Made by a program: the position numbers and the translations under genes
Shown: piece by piece, positions 9,138 through 18,998 of the stretch
How the letters are laid out: each line of letters begins with the position of its first letter
Numbering within the stretch: position 1 is the stretch's first letter
The notes under the pieces: model-generated
The model's input: only the letters and a program-made list of their open reading frames with translations
Database searches by the model: none
What the model was told of the DNA's origin: nothing
Source: Candidatus Atabeyarchaeum deiterrae
GTDB lineage: Archaea; Asgardarchaeota; Atabeyarchaeia; Atabeyarchaeales; Atabeyarchaeaceae
Assembly: GCA_037310415.1 (NCBI GenBank)
Contig: CP147780.1
Location: forward strand, 1,760,001-1,824,000
Direction of reading: 5' to 3'
Length of the DNA stretch: 64,000 bases

Positions 9138-10322
9138 ATGAGTCTCCACGACGTGTTAGAACTAGTTGACAAGGTGTATTGGGTTGGTGTCAGAGACTGG
9201 AACAGAAGAATGTTCGACGCCCTAATTCCTCTGCCATATGGAACCACCTATAACGCTTACTTGGTGAAGGGCGGTACAAGATCGGCTTTAATCGACACTG
9301 TGAATCCCGGTTTCGAAAAGGAACTGGAAGCCAAGCTGCGTCAAGTCATGGATCCAGATGACTTGGATTTCCTTATTATGAACCACGCTGAACCAGATCA
9401 TGCTGGCGCAATACCCCATGTGCTTTCGCTAAGTGAGAAGACGCAGCTTGTAACAAGTGAAAAAGGAGCACAAATGGCCAAGATATACTACAAAACACCC
9501 GAGAGAAGAATACATGTCGTCAAGGACGGGGACACTTTAGATCTTGGCGGCAGGACACTGAGGTTCATCGAAGCTCCTTTTCTTCATTGGCCAGAAACGA
9601 TATTCACGTACTTGGTGGAAGACAGAATTCTGTTTCCATGCGACTTTTTCGGCGCGCATTCAGCTCACGGTGTATATGATGAGGATGTAGAAGACTTGGC
9701 GCTAATCGCCAAACGCTACTTCGGTGAAATAATGATGCCGTACAGAGGCATGGGAAAAAGAGGAGTGGACAAAGTGAAGAACCTCAACATCAAGATGATT
9801 GCACCGAGCCATGGCCCGATCTACAAGAATCCGAAGCGAATAATCGACCTCTACACCAAATGGACTAACGGTGAAACAAGTGAGAAGGTTGTAGTTCTTT
9901 ACGTTACAATGTGGAATGACGTCGAGAAAATGATACTACCCTTAGTAGAGAAGCTGCGCTCTGAAGGTGTTGAAGTCGTTGTTCACAACCTAGTTGTAGC
10001 AGACATTGCACGAATTGCTGAAGACTTAGTTGATTCCCGAGCCATCGTGCTTGGATCGCCGACGGTGCTTGGAGGAGCACACCCTCTTGCAGTATACGCG
10101 GCTTTCCTTGCCAAGGCTTTGAAGCCAGCGGCGAAATATGGAGCCCTCCTAACATCCTACGGCTGGGGAGGCGGAGCCCTTAAACAACTAGCAGAACTCC
10201 TGACTCCACTCAAACTCGAGGTGCTAGGAGCAATGGAAGTAAACGGTCCGCCATCAGAAGACGACCTGTCCAAAGTCATCGAACTGGGCAAAACTATTGC
10301 AAGCAAAGTCAAAGGAAACTAA
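9138..10322 (+). CDS. fprA: Flavodiiron protein (FprA family)
   Basis: GTTYNAY, NHAEPDH, LHWPE, PSHG; C-terminal flavodoxin domain (YGWGGG). Confidence 0.93.
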   Translation: MSLHDVLELVDKVYWVGVRDWNRRMFDALIPLPYGTTYNAYLVKGGTRSALIDTVNPGFEKELEAKLRQVMDPDDLDFLIMNHAEPDHAGAIPHVLSLSEKTQLVTSEKGAQMAKIYYKTPERRIHVVKDGDTLDLGGRTLRFIEAPFLHWPETIFTYLVEDRILFPCDFFGAHSAHGVYDEDVEDLALIAKRYFGEIMMPYRGMGKRGVDKVKNLNIKMIAPSHGPIYKNPKRIIDLYTKWTNGETSEKVVVLYVTMWNDVEKMILPLVEKLRSEGVEVVVHNLVVADIARIAEDLVDSRAIVLGSPTVLGGAHPLAVYAAFLAKALKPAAKYGALLTSYGWGGGALKQLAELLTPLKLEVLGAMEVNGPPSEDDLSKVIELGKTIASKVKGN

Positions 10323-10489
10323 TAATCGTCTTAAAAGAAGAGACCAGTCAAAACAGGACTAGGTACCTCTTCTTTTTCATTGACCACGGTATTATCAGCT
10401 TCTTAGGGATCTACCTAAATTGGATATTACTGCCAAAGCGATCGCCATATTGCTTAAGGTAAAGAGAGGGAAGACGAGAGGGTACCAAG

Positions 10490-11443
10490 TTGAGAGAGGA
10501 CAACGTGAAGATCCATAACTACACGCCAGAACTGATCGAAAACTACTGCCGGTTTCTGAACATAGCTAGATCAGATCGCCCAGATCGTGAAGAAATACGT
10601 GTCGAAGATCTGCGCTCCTACTTCGCTCCTCCGCACTACGACTCAAAGGGACATTTCCTTGCCCTAATGGCAGAAGAGATCGTTGCAGACATCCTAGGCA
10701 CTAGGAACTTAGGATACGCAGTTCTACCACCTGATAGGATAAATCTCACCCTCAATGTGCTACCTCAGTACCGGAAAAAAGGCATTGGCGGAAGACTGGT
10801 CGATATTGCCATGAACTACTTTGGACCCAGAGGGGCGAAGATAGCAGTTGTCGATGACATTCATGCGAAATGCAGCGGAAGCATAAGCTTCTACAAGAAG
10901 AAGGGATTTAGAGAATCGACTAGGAGTTACTGGATGGAATGCAAACTCGTAGATAACAACAAGCTGCCATATTCGCTGCTGATACCGAACGGGTACAAAA
11001 TTAGGTCTCTTGATAGCCGGGAAGAACTGGAGCCTTTCATGAACGCCATTAACGAAGCCTTCTCAGACACTCCAGATTTTGTGCCACTGAGCAAGGAACG
11101 ATTCGAAGAGCGATACGTAAATACCCCATTCTTTAACTTGGAGGGTTTCGTTGTCGCCGTGGAAGAAGGGACAAGCAACATCATAGGGACATCCGCTAAT
11201 CTAATCGATATTGACAGGACAAGAGGTGACACCTTCGGCCACATAAAGGGAGTTGGAGTTAAGAAGGCACATCGAGAGAGGGGACTTGGCAAGTTGTTAA
11301 TGATACAAAGCCTGAATTGGCTTTCTTCACGCAAGATAGGCTTTGCGAGACTTGGAACCCAGAGTCCAAAGGCAATCAAAATGTACCGTTCGCTTGGTTT
11401 TGAGATCGTCCACGAATATATCCGTTTCGAGAAGGCTCTGTGA
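10490..11443 (+). CDS. Tandem-domain GNAT acetyltransferase
   Basis: Two acetyl-CoA motifs (VLPQYRKKGIG, VKKAHRERGLG) and FYKKKGF / MYRSLGF. Confidence 0.88.
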   Translation: MREDNVKIHNYTPELIENYCRFLNIARSDRPDREEIRVEDLRSYFAPPHYDSKGHFLALMAEEIVADILGTRNLGYAVLPPDRINLTLNVLPQYRKKGIGGRLVDIAMNYFGPRGAKIAVVDDIHAKCSGSISFYKKKGFRESTRSYWMECKLVDNNKLPYSLLIPNGYKIRSLDSREELEPFMNAINEAFSDTPDFVPLSKERFEERYVNTPFFNLEGFVVAVEEGTSNIIGTSANLIDIDRTRGDTFGHIKGVGVKKAHRERGLGKLLMIQSLNWLSSRKIGFARLGTQSPKAIKMYRSLGFEIVHEYIRFEKAL

Positions 11444-11536
11444 GCGAGGACATAGAAGACTTTCCCGCTGAGCTGGTTTATCACCTCTCTTCTAATGTCG
11501 ATTACTCACATTCCACAATCGAGAGAAAAAGGGGGG

Positions 11537-12310
11537 CTAGATATTCTCCTTAACCGATTGTACCATACTTAGAAAGAGTTTTTCTCCCAACTCGGGGTCG
11601 CCTTGGATCATCCTCTTTGATTTGAAATGTTCCAGGCATTCACCGTTTAGCGTTCTCAGAATGCTAAACTTCTCTCCACCGAACTCTATGAATCCCCCTA
11701 ATCCAGCTACAGCTGGCCACCTTCTCAGAGCTTCCATGGGATCTTGGCTGGCCACTTCATTAAGCTCATTGAGCCTTTTCCTGTCCATTACCCCTAAGTA
11801 CGCAGCGACTGAGTGCTCAGCAATGTACGCGTGCTCCCCAGAGTAGCCAAGAGGAATCCTCGTTTCTGCCGAGATGAAGACATCTACCTGTACTCCAAGT
11901 TTCGCGGTGTAACTGTCAATCATGGCTAATAGCCTTGTATTTCCGCCATGACCGTTTAGGATAACGATCTTCTTTGGTTTTCGAGGAAGCTGTTTCAGGT
12001 AGAACTGAATGAACTTCAGAGTCTTGTCAGTGAACTCCTCGAATGGTATGTAATAAGGAGACCAGTACTTTGCTATATCCCCAGTCATGTCGGTTGAGAA
12101 TGGGATATGCGAGCAGTAACTAGCGCCCGTAGCGTTAGCCACTTTTATTGCGAGCTCCTTTGCCACTCTACTGTCAATATCCTTTGGCAGGGCAGGTCCA
12201 TGTGCTTCATAGTCATTTCCAATGCTAAACACAAGCGTCTCGGCCTCAGCTTCCTTGAAGGGACCATAGCCATTGATGTCCCTTAGAGTGACGCGAGAAG
12301 GTTCAGACAT
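11537..12310 (-). CDS. arfB: Creatininase-family deformylase, ArfB-like (archaeal riboflavin/F420 pathway)
   Basis: EAHGPALPKDID, NGHGGN, EHA..EHS motifs. Confidence 0.7.
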   Translation of the reverse strand: MSEPSRVTLRDINGYGPFKEAEAETLVFSIGNDYEAHGPALPKDIDSRVAKELAIKVANATGASYCSHIPFSTDMTGDIAKYWSPYYIPFEEFTDKTLKFIQFYLKQLPRKPKKIVILNGHGGNTRLLAMIDSYTAKLGVQVDVFISAETRIPLGYSGEHAYIAEHSVAAYLGVMDRKRLNELNEVASQDPMEALRRWPAVAGLGGFIEFGGEKFSILRTLNGECLEHFKSKRMIQGDPELGEKLFLSMVQSVKENI

Positions 12311-12510
12311 AACTAATTATCTCCCAAATCGCTTTACTTCCAAGTTAATTCTTGCTTTCGAGGATAATAAGGCAAGTGGAAATGGTCGCGCACGGATTGC
12401 TCAACGGATGATCTTTCTAGTGCCAGACCACGTAACAACAGGATATTGAGCCAGGAAGGTTGCAGTAGTGTTATCACCAGTTCGACTCGAAGTGGTTGAT
12501 ATACACTTTG

Positions 12511-12939
12511 CTACGGGTAGGTCAAGAAGCAAAGTAGGAATAGGACCGCTCCTACAGCCATCATGACTAACATGCTGCTAAGGTCGTGCTCTCGTTGTTC
12601 TATTCTGTTTTGGGCAAGCATGCGTCCGGTTTCGGGCGATGCGGCAGGGTTCATTCTTCCTACCATTCCACTGTCTGCGAATCCTCCCCCGATCAGCGCT
12701 CCTAATCCTATCCAGAGAGCTCCGGCCAAGAAGAGTGGAAAGCGCCAAGAATCCTTGTCAGTTGAGAATCCCAAGATGAAATATATGGTCGCTAAGCTCA
12801 TAAGAACGAGCGCTATTATCACTGCCAAGTACTTTCCGACTAGCTTTCCTTTGCTCCTACGTACAGCAACACTCGAACTGTATTCCTCACTTGCGGGCTC
12901 CTCTTTTGCCAGATCGACACTCCTTCGATTTGTCTCCAT
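12511..12939 (-). CDS. Hypothetical membrane protein (3 TM)
   Basis: Three hydrophobic segments; GGTGA RBS upstream. Confidence 0.65.
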   Translation of the reverse strand: METNRRSVDLAKEEPASEEYSSSVAVRRSKGKLVGKYLAVIIALVLMSLATIYFILGFSTDKDSWRFPLFLAGALWIGLGALIGGGFADSGMVGRMNPAASPETGRMLAQNRIEQREHDLSSMLVMMAVGAVLFLLCFLTYP

Positions 12940-13135
12940 CTAAGATCACCGGCTCCCCGTAACTGAAACTTCTTTATTTATGAATACTGCCGGGGATATA
13001 AAGTTACGCGTTCTCGGCAACAGTCAGTCTCCTAGCGTAGAAGAAAAAGAACAGGACCCGGTGAGATCGTGTAACATCGACCACGGAACTAAGAGATTTT
13101 ATTAGATAGTTTCGTGGGCAGAAAGTACGAGAAGG

Positions 13136-13384
13136 TTGCACCAGACGACCGAGAGAAGGGAAGGCGTTCTCTCAGAAATCCATGAGGTGAGTGTCATAAC
13201 GTTTGTCATTGTGCAAGAGGCTTGTCATGGATGCGGGTTATGCGAGAGCACGTGCCCTGAGATCTTTGAAGTCAGACAAGATGGGAAGTGCCACGTAAGA
13301 GAGTCATCCAGGGTTAACGCGGCTACATGCGCAGAAGAGGCAGCGATAATATGCCCAGCTTCTGCCATAATCAGAATAGAGTAG
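13136..13384 (+). CDS. Monocluster ferredoxin (true start probably near 13187-13196)
   Basis: CHGCGLCESTCPEIF ... CPASAI. Confidence 0.85.
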   Translation: MHQTTERREGVLSEIHEVSVITFVIVQEACHGCGLCESTCPEIFEVRQDGKCHVRESSRVNAATCAEEAAIICPASAIIRIE

Positions 13385-13553
13385 TGGATCTCAATCTGAC
13401 TTGTCACTCTTCACATCTAGTGCAAACAGATGGTTCTCCAACCTATTGTGGCTCCGCCAAAGAAAAACCGTGGTCGAAGTGCTTTGTCTGAAAAATGGTC
13501 TGTTCTTGCGGAGATGAATAGCTATTAATCCCTCCTGAGACACAGCTCTTCTC

Positions 13554-14714
13554 GTGGTCTCGGAGGTTCCTCTGGTATTGCACAAGGAACAGTATGATGT
13601 TATCGTAGTTGGCGCTGGTCCCGCTGGGAGTGCCGCATCATTTTCCTGCGCCAAGGCCAATCTTAGAACGCTTCTTATCGAGTCACAGCCTCTGCCACAA
13701 GAGAAGTTGTGCGCAGGTGGCGTGAATCCCTGGGTCATACAGGAACTGGGCATTCCTGAGAGATTGATCGAAAGAACCATTCAACAAGTCCAGGTCGTGG
13801 CAGGTTCGAAGAAGATCCCAACAATCCCCTGGCCAAGCGAAATGGCCTATCGCATGGCAATGAGAAAGGATCTAAGCCATTTCCTTGCGGACAGAGCCAG
13901 CAAGATGGGAGTGACAGTCATAGACAGTAGGCGAGTACTCTCCGTTCTGAAGCTTCGTGACGGAACTATTTGCGGTGTCAAAACTTCTGGCGGAGATATC
14001 AACGCAAAGATTGTAATCGGATGCGACGGTGCTTCTAGTACTGTCGCTAGAACGTCAGGTCTGTGGGAGAAGTGGTGGGGTCCCAAAGTATTGAGCGGTT
14101 GGCTTAGACATCAAGCATTCTGCTTGGAAACCCAAATGCACATGGATCCCAAGATCATAGAAAAAAGAGTGGGCAACACAATGACACTCTTCTTTGAGAA
14201 GGAATTCCCTGGTTACTGCTGGATCTTTCCGAAACGCAGGGTCCTGACGGTTGGTGTGCTGTCATTATCGAGCTCCGTGAACAAAGAAGAGCTAAGGGGA
14301 CAGTTAGAGAAGCTCGTTCATATCCACACTTTGGCATCAGAGTTGCTCAAAGGGGGGCAGATGGAACCAATAAGGGGAGCATACTTGCCAATTCGCGGAC
14401 CACTTACTCCTTCTTATGATGATGGATTGATGCTTGCAGGTGACAGTGCTGCCCATGTCGGCGCAATATGGGGTGAAGGAATCTACTTTGCTGTAAAGGC
14501 TGGAATCGCTGCAGGAGAGACAGCAGTGCAGGCAATACACAATGGCGATGTGTCCAGAGAATCACTCAAGATTTATGAGGAGCGCTGGAAAATGGAAATA
14601 GGAGAGAACCTTGAAACCCAATCCAAGATCCTCAATGACGCTCCAACGCCTCTTCAGGCAACAATAGCGTTCGCAGAATACATTGTTAAGAACAAAAGCA
14701 AGCTATACCTATGA
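13554..14714 (+). CDS. Geranylgeranyl reductase family FAD-dependent oxidoreductase
   Basis: VVGAGPAG, KLCAG, GCDG, YCWIFP, AGDSA, GEGI. Confidence 0.9.
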   Translation: MVSEVPLVLHKEQYDVIVVGAGPAGSAASFSCAKANLRTLLIESQPLPQEKLCAGGVNPWVIQELGIPERLIERTIQQVQVVAGSKKIPTIPWPSEMAYRMAMRKDLSHFLADRASKMGVTVIDSRRVLSVLKLRDGTICGVKTSGGDINAKIVIGCDGASSTVARTSGLWEKWWGPKVLSGWLRHQAFCLETQMHMDPKIIEKRVGNTMTLFFEKEFPGYCWIFPKRRVLTVGVLSLSSSVNKEELRGQLEKLVHIHTLASELLKGGQMEPIRGAYLPIRGPLTPSYDDGLMLAGDSAAHVGAIWGEGIYFAVKAGIAAGETAVQAIHNGDVSRESLKIYEERWKMEIGENLETQSKILNDAPTPLQATIAFAEYIVKNKSKLYL

Positions 14715-14729
14715 CAGATCACCAAATTC

Positions 14730-15314
14730 GTGACTCGAGGGAACTTCCTGCGAGATAGTATTATTAGAAAACCAGGAGTTGTTTGCATGAGATCACTCAA
14801 TCAAATTGGGAAAGACGAAATAAAAGACTATTTGGGTAAAGGCTGGCTTACTCACGACGGAATGTGGTTCTACAGTACCTACAAAGAACTCGGCATAGAT
14901 CTCGCAAATAAGTTGAACAAAGAAGCAGTCAAATCAATGTCCAGTATCGAAGCAGAAAGAACAAGGAGAATATTTGGCGTCAGCAATGGGATCGAATCAT
15001 TTGAAGAAATGGCTGAGTTCCTGCAGAAGGCACTAGAAATAGTATTGCCCAGTTCGGTTTTTGGCAGAATTCATCTCAGTGTACCTTCCAAGAACACGGT
15101 TCATTGGGAATGGGAGGACAAAGAATGTTTCGCATACAAGGGCATGGATAGACTCGGGGTAGCAGACCAATACAAGTGTGCAGTCATTTGCAGAATTGAA
15201 TGCTGGCTCGACGCGCTCGGAATAAGACACACCGTAGATCCGAAGATTGAGGGGTGTTTGATGGCTGAAAAAGGTCATTGTTCTGGTGATCTAGTTTTCT
15301 GCTTCAAGACATGA
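14730..15314 (+). CDS. DUF6125/V4R-like protein
   Basis: WLTHDGMWF motif and spaced Cys residues (C..C..C.C). Confidence 0.65.
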   Translation: MTRGNFLRDSIIRKPGVVCMRSLNQIGKDEIKDYLGKGWLTHDGMWFYSTYKELGIDLANKLNKEAVKSMSSIEAERTRRIFGVSNGIESFEEMAEFLQKALEIVLPSSVFGRIHLSVPSKNTVHWEWEDKECFAYKGMDRLGVADQYKCAVICRIECWLDALGIRHTVDPKIEGCLMAEKGHCSGDLVFCFKT

Positions 15315-15351
15315 ACTCAACTCACATCAAAGACAGATAGAAGGAAACTGA

Positions 15352-16104
15352 TCACTGCTTGGATAGCGTCCACACTGTGTCAAATATCTCTTCAAGCATT
15401 CTAGCTATCTGAGGCGAGTTCATGTACACTTTACCAACATGAACCCTCGGAGTGATCTTGTGCGGCGCTTCGTGCGGTTCAAGGTACAACCAGCTTTGGG
15501 TATCAGTAATGGCGACATGCGAGAAATCCTTCAATATAGGCGGTAGAATCAATGGAGGCTTCTCAAGCAGAGCCCGTTCAACTAGCTCAATATGGCCGAT
15601 CTCCGAGAAAAACTCGACTATGTTTTTGGACATGAATCCTCGTGCAGCCAAGACCGTTACATCTACGTCGCGCTGAGACGCCCGCACCAATACGTCTTCG
15701 AATTGTTTTCCCCAAACTGGGTCTTCTAAGCTAGAGTACCCTATCGTGGTGATTTTCAGCGTCTTCTTGGAAGCGTCTATGAATTGAATCAGTGCCTTCG
15801 CCCATGAGTTCTCGTCAGCGTAGTCATCGATCTCGATTCTCTCTCCATGAACCGTCTTCGAGGCTTCTTTGAGCCATTTGTTGAGTTCATCAATCTTCCA
15901 AAGCACAATCACGCCATGCTCCGAAATTGCTCCGTTCGAGGACAATCCCGCCTCCTCAAGTTGTCCAACGGTTCTCCTAAACTCTGGCGAATCAACCTTT
16001 CTGTTAGAGGAGAGTTTCCTCAAACAACTGATCACTCTTGGATCAAAGAGGCTTGTTAAGCGCTGAGAAGTTGATTTCGTTTTACGAACCACTACAATCG
16101 CCAC
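15352..16104 (-). CDS. Putative wHTH + inactive PLD-fold (TrmB-like) regulator
   Basis: LEEAGL...ISEHG wing; ASKKTLKIT, RASQRDVDVTVL, AITD, LEEIFDTVW; no intact HKD motif. Confidence 0.5.
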   Translation of the reverse strand: MAIVVVRKTKSTSQRLTSLFDPRVISCLRKLSSNRKVDSPEFRRTVGQLEEAGLSSNGAISEHGVIVLWKIDELNKWLKEASKTVHGERIEIDDYADENSWAKALIQFIDASKKTLKITTIGYSSLEDPVWGKQFEDVLVRASQRDVDVTVLAARGFMSKNIVEFFSEIGHIELVERALLEKPPLILPPILKDFSHVAITDTQSWLYLEPHEAPHKITPRVHVGKVYMNSPQIARMLEEIFDTVWTLSKQ

Positions 16105-16323
16105 CCCGAATACTTTGCGACATGACCCTCTTATATGATATGATGAGAGAGTGCAAGGCTAATCTCTAATTGGTCTTCGGAAATAAAGTTAACGCAATCT
16201 CCGCCGCGGCATTTGATAATAAGAGGCAACTGCTCATCCCAAAATGAGGCAAGAATATAAATATGTCAGGGACTTTCCCCTAATGAATAATATGCGAGGC
16301 TGAGCTGGAGGGTAAACCGGAAA

Positions 16324-16866
16324 ATGGTTAGAGAGATGACTGAAACAAACCTTCGAAGCGCATATGGGGGCGAGAGCCAAGCGCACATGAGATACAACAC
16401 CTTTGCCGAAAGAGCGAAAGACAAGTTTCCCAATGTGTCAAGGCTGTTCACGGCAGTAGCCGTTGCCGAGAAGATTCACGCTAACAACCATTACAGAAAC
16501 ATAAAGAGCAAAGGCGCAGCAACAGTCGTGTCTGGAGCACTCTTTGGAGCTACCAATACATCTGAGGATCTGCAAGCGGGAATAGACGGCGAGACTTTTG
16601 AGATCAACGAAATGTATCCAGCCTATAGAGCAGTGGCTCAATTCCAAGGAGAGAAAGGCGCCGACCTTACCTTCAGATATTCTGAAGAAGCTGAGAAGAT
16701 GCATCTCACCTTATATCAGAAGGCAAAACAAGCTGTCGACAAAGGCAAAGACGTCGTTCTTGGAAAGATACAAGTGTGCCTGGTGTGTGGGTACACAGCT
16801 GAAGGCGAGGCCCCTGACAAGTGCCCCGTGTGTGGAGCGACGAAAGACAAGTTCAAAGCTTTCTAG
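16324..16866 (+). CDS. rbr: Rubrerythrin
   Basis: GESQA, EKIHA, ETFE..MYP, EKMH; C-terminal CLVCGY..CPVCG. Confidence 0.93.
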   Translation: MVREMTETNLRSAYGGESQAHMRYNTFAERAKDKFPNVSRLFTAVAVAEKIHANNHYRNIKSKGAATVVSGALFGATNTSEDLQAGIDGETFEINEMYPAYRAVAQFQGEKGADLTFRYSEEAEKMHLTLYQKAKQAVDKGKDVVLGKIQVCLVCGYTAEGEAPDKCPVCGATKDKFKAF

Positions 16867-16903
16867 AACCGAGAGCTGAGGAATCTGCAACCCATGTGCA
16901 TGT

Positions 16904-16940
16904 AGGAGTTCAGGCGTAACCCGTGAACTCCTCATCATTC
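16904..16940 (+). terminator. 9-bp hairpin after rubrerythrin followed by T-rich sequence
   Basis: AGGAGTTCA (16904-16912) / TGAACTCCT (16924-16932). Confidence 0.3.
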
Positions 16941-17056
16941 TTTTGTTTGGATCCTGATGATGGAGCATTCCTATTTGTAACGTTACTTCATCCAGAAATG
17001 TTTAACTGTGATCATGAGTCATTGAGCTTGAGTTCTTTCTCTCAGCTCAAAGAGGG

Positions 17057-17845
17057 GTGACTGGAATGACGTTGATCGGTAAGGAAACCACAGAGAACAT
17101 TGGTATAATAACTTTCAATAATCCTAGGAAAAGAAACGCGCTTAGTGCACAACTTATGGAAGAAATGGTGCAAGCATTCCAAGAGTTCCAAAGCCAGAAA
17201 GTGCGGGTAGTCATATTGAGAGCAACAGAGGAAGACAAAGTATGGTCTTCTGGATACGACGTCACAGAGCTGCCAAGATCTCGCCGAGATCCTCTGGGTT
17301 ATTTCGATCCGATTGAGAGAACGCTGCGCGCGATTCAAGAATATCCTGGTCCGGTCATCGCAATGGTTCATGGTAGCGTCTGGGGAGGCGCATGCGACCT
17401 TGTAATGACGTGCGACATCGTAGTAGGAGATGAAACTTGCTCTTTTGCGATCACTCCCGCGAGAATCGGACTACCCTACAATGTGACCGGCATTCTGCAC
17501 TTTATGAACAGACTGAGATTGAATGCTGCAAAAGAGATGTTCTTCACCGCGGATCCAGTCATGGCTGAAAGAGCCGACCAGCTAGGAATAATAAACCACC
17601 TCGTTCCTTCAAACAAGTTGGCGGACTTCACGATTCAATTGGCAAAACGTATCGCGTCGCATTCTGCTCTGGCGATATCAGTTATCAAAGAGCAATTCAG
17701 AATACTGTCTGGAGCTTATCCCATTCCCCCTGAGGCGTTTGAGCGCATCCAAGGTCTAAGGAGACAAGTGTACGACAGTCATGACTATGAGGAGGGCATT
17801 CGCGCTTTTCTGGAGAAGAGAGCCCCGTACTTTACGGGAGAATAG
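17057..17845 (+). CDS. scpB: Biotin-independent methylmalonyl-CoA decarboxylase (crotonase superfamily)
   Basis: KVWSSGYD..ELP..RDPLGY.DP, GSVWGGA, TPARIGLPYN, FERIQGLRR..YDS.DY.EG, all characteristic of ScpB. Confidence 0.82.
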   Translation: MTGMTLIGKETTENIGIITFNNPRKRNALSAQLMEEMVQAFQEFQSQKVRVVILRATEEDKVWSSGYDVTELPRSRRDPLGYFDPIERTLRAIQEYPGPVIAMVHGSVWGGACDLVMTCDIVVGDETCSFAITPARIGLPYNVTGILHFMNRLRLNAAKEMFFTADPVMAERADQLGIINHLVPSNKLADFTIQLAKRIASHSALAISVIKEQFRILSGAYPIPPEAFERIQGLRRQVYDSHDYEEGIRAFLEKRAPYFTGE

Positions 17846-17855
17846 GCTGTACCAA

Positions 17856-18060
17856 ACAAGCATCCATTTCACAATGATCGTAGTCGGAGCACCATACTAA
17901 GAAGCAGTCCTTTGGAGAGAGGACTATGGGGGTGGAAGTCCGTAAGGCGCGTCTTCAACCTCAGGTGGGAACAGCGATCACACTCCAAACAAAGCCAACT
18001 TAGCTGCTGCCAAGGCGCTTGGAAAAAGAGTTGCAGAAATCGCCAAGAGAGTATCACGGA
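17856..18060 (+). pseudogene. wrbA: C-terminal fragment of WrbA-family NAD(P)H:quinone oxidoreductase with two in-frame stops
   Basis: Frame from 17874 reads MIVVGAPY*EAVLWREDYGGGSP*GASSTSGGNSDHTPNKANLAAAKALGKRVAEIAKR; stops at 17898 and 17943; N-terminal half absent. Confidence 0.78.
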
Positions 18061-18131
18061 GATGGGATGAAATCAAACTGCCAGAACATCTGAGCATTGT
18101 GCATCGTTGATACGAATCTCGTTCGCGGAAG

Positions 18132-18902
18132 CTACGTCTCTTCTCTGCCATTTTTCCTGCCTCTTGACTGCTTCGTTGCTCTCGACAGTTGTTCGCTGAG
18201 CTCCTTCTCATCTAGGTGCTTGCTGCAGGCTGGACATTGGTTGTGCACATGCAGATACTCGAGTAAGTGGTCTCTGTGAGCTGGACTTCCACAATGCGAA
18301 CACCACGCCACGGCATCACTCAGTCTCAAGTCCTGATTGCATACCATGCAGATGCCTGTGCTCTCGGCAACTCGAGGCAGTCGCGCCTCCTGTGAAGTTT
18401 GAACGTTTGTAGCGCGAGGGGAGACGTCTGCGGCTGCAGTCGCTAGGTTTGCCTCACAACGTGGGCAGAACTTGGCACCATCTATGATTATAGTTGAACC
18501 ACAGTTGCCGCATACCGGCCTTAGCCGAATGACTTCCAGCTTGATCCGATAAATGCCAATGGAGACGAGAAGCATAGCGACAATAAATCCAAATATCATG
18601 GCTAGCGCGGGAATCAGCGGGAGTTCGCTACCTTTCATTACCCATATCTTGTCGGGAGGAACTCCAGCAAATTCAGCAACAACATAGATCACGGGAATGT
18701 CGACAAGTATACTGAGGATTCCGAGTATGATGACTATTCTATTTCGTCTATGGACCTTAAGTGTGGCACCGCAACCAGAGCACAGAAACTCCCTCCCTCG
18801 CAACCGTGAGAAGAATATCCTATTATCTGTTTGACAATTCGGGTACCTAACCCCAAGCGGTCTCGTAGTGGCTGGCATGCCTTCCTTTCTCCCAAATGTC
18901 AT
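18132..18902 (-). CDS. Zn-ribbon / 2TM / Zn-ribbon / RING-variant membrane protein
   Basis: YPNC..CSGC, two TM helices, CGNC..CPRC, CMVC-x12-CSHC-x4-HRDHLLEY-x6-CPAC. Confidence 0.75.
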   Translation of the reverse strand: MTFGRKEGMPATTRPLGVRYPNCQTDNRIFFSRLRGREFLCSGCGATLKVHRRNRIVIILGILSILVDIPVIYVVAEFAGVPPDKIWVMKGSELPLIPALAMIFGFIVAMLLVSIGIYRIKLEVIRLRPVCGNCGSTIIIDGAKFCPRCEANLATAAADVSPRATNVQTSQEARLPRVAESTGICMVCNQDLRLSDAVAWCSHCGSPAHRDHLLEYLHVHNQCPACSKHLDEKELSEQLSRATKQSRGRKNGREET

Positions 18903-18998
18903 TCCAGCAGATTACTCAACCGATTCTATCTCCGTTAATTCTATTCGAGGCTATTGCCCGTCGGATACTTGAACAGGCGAGCCTTGCGGTTAAGCGCT

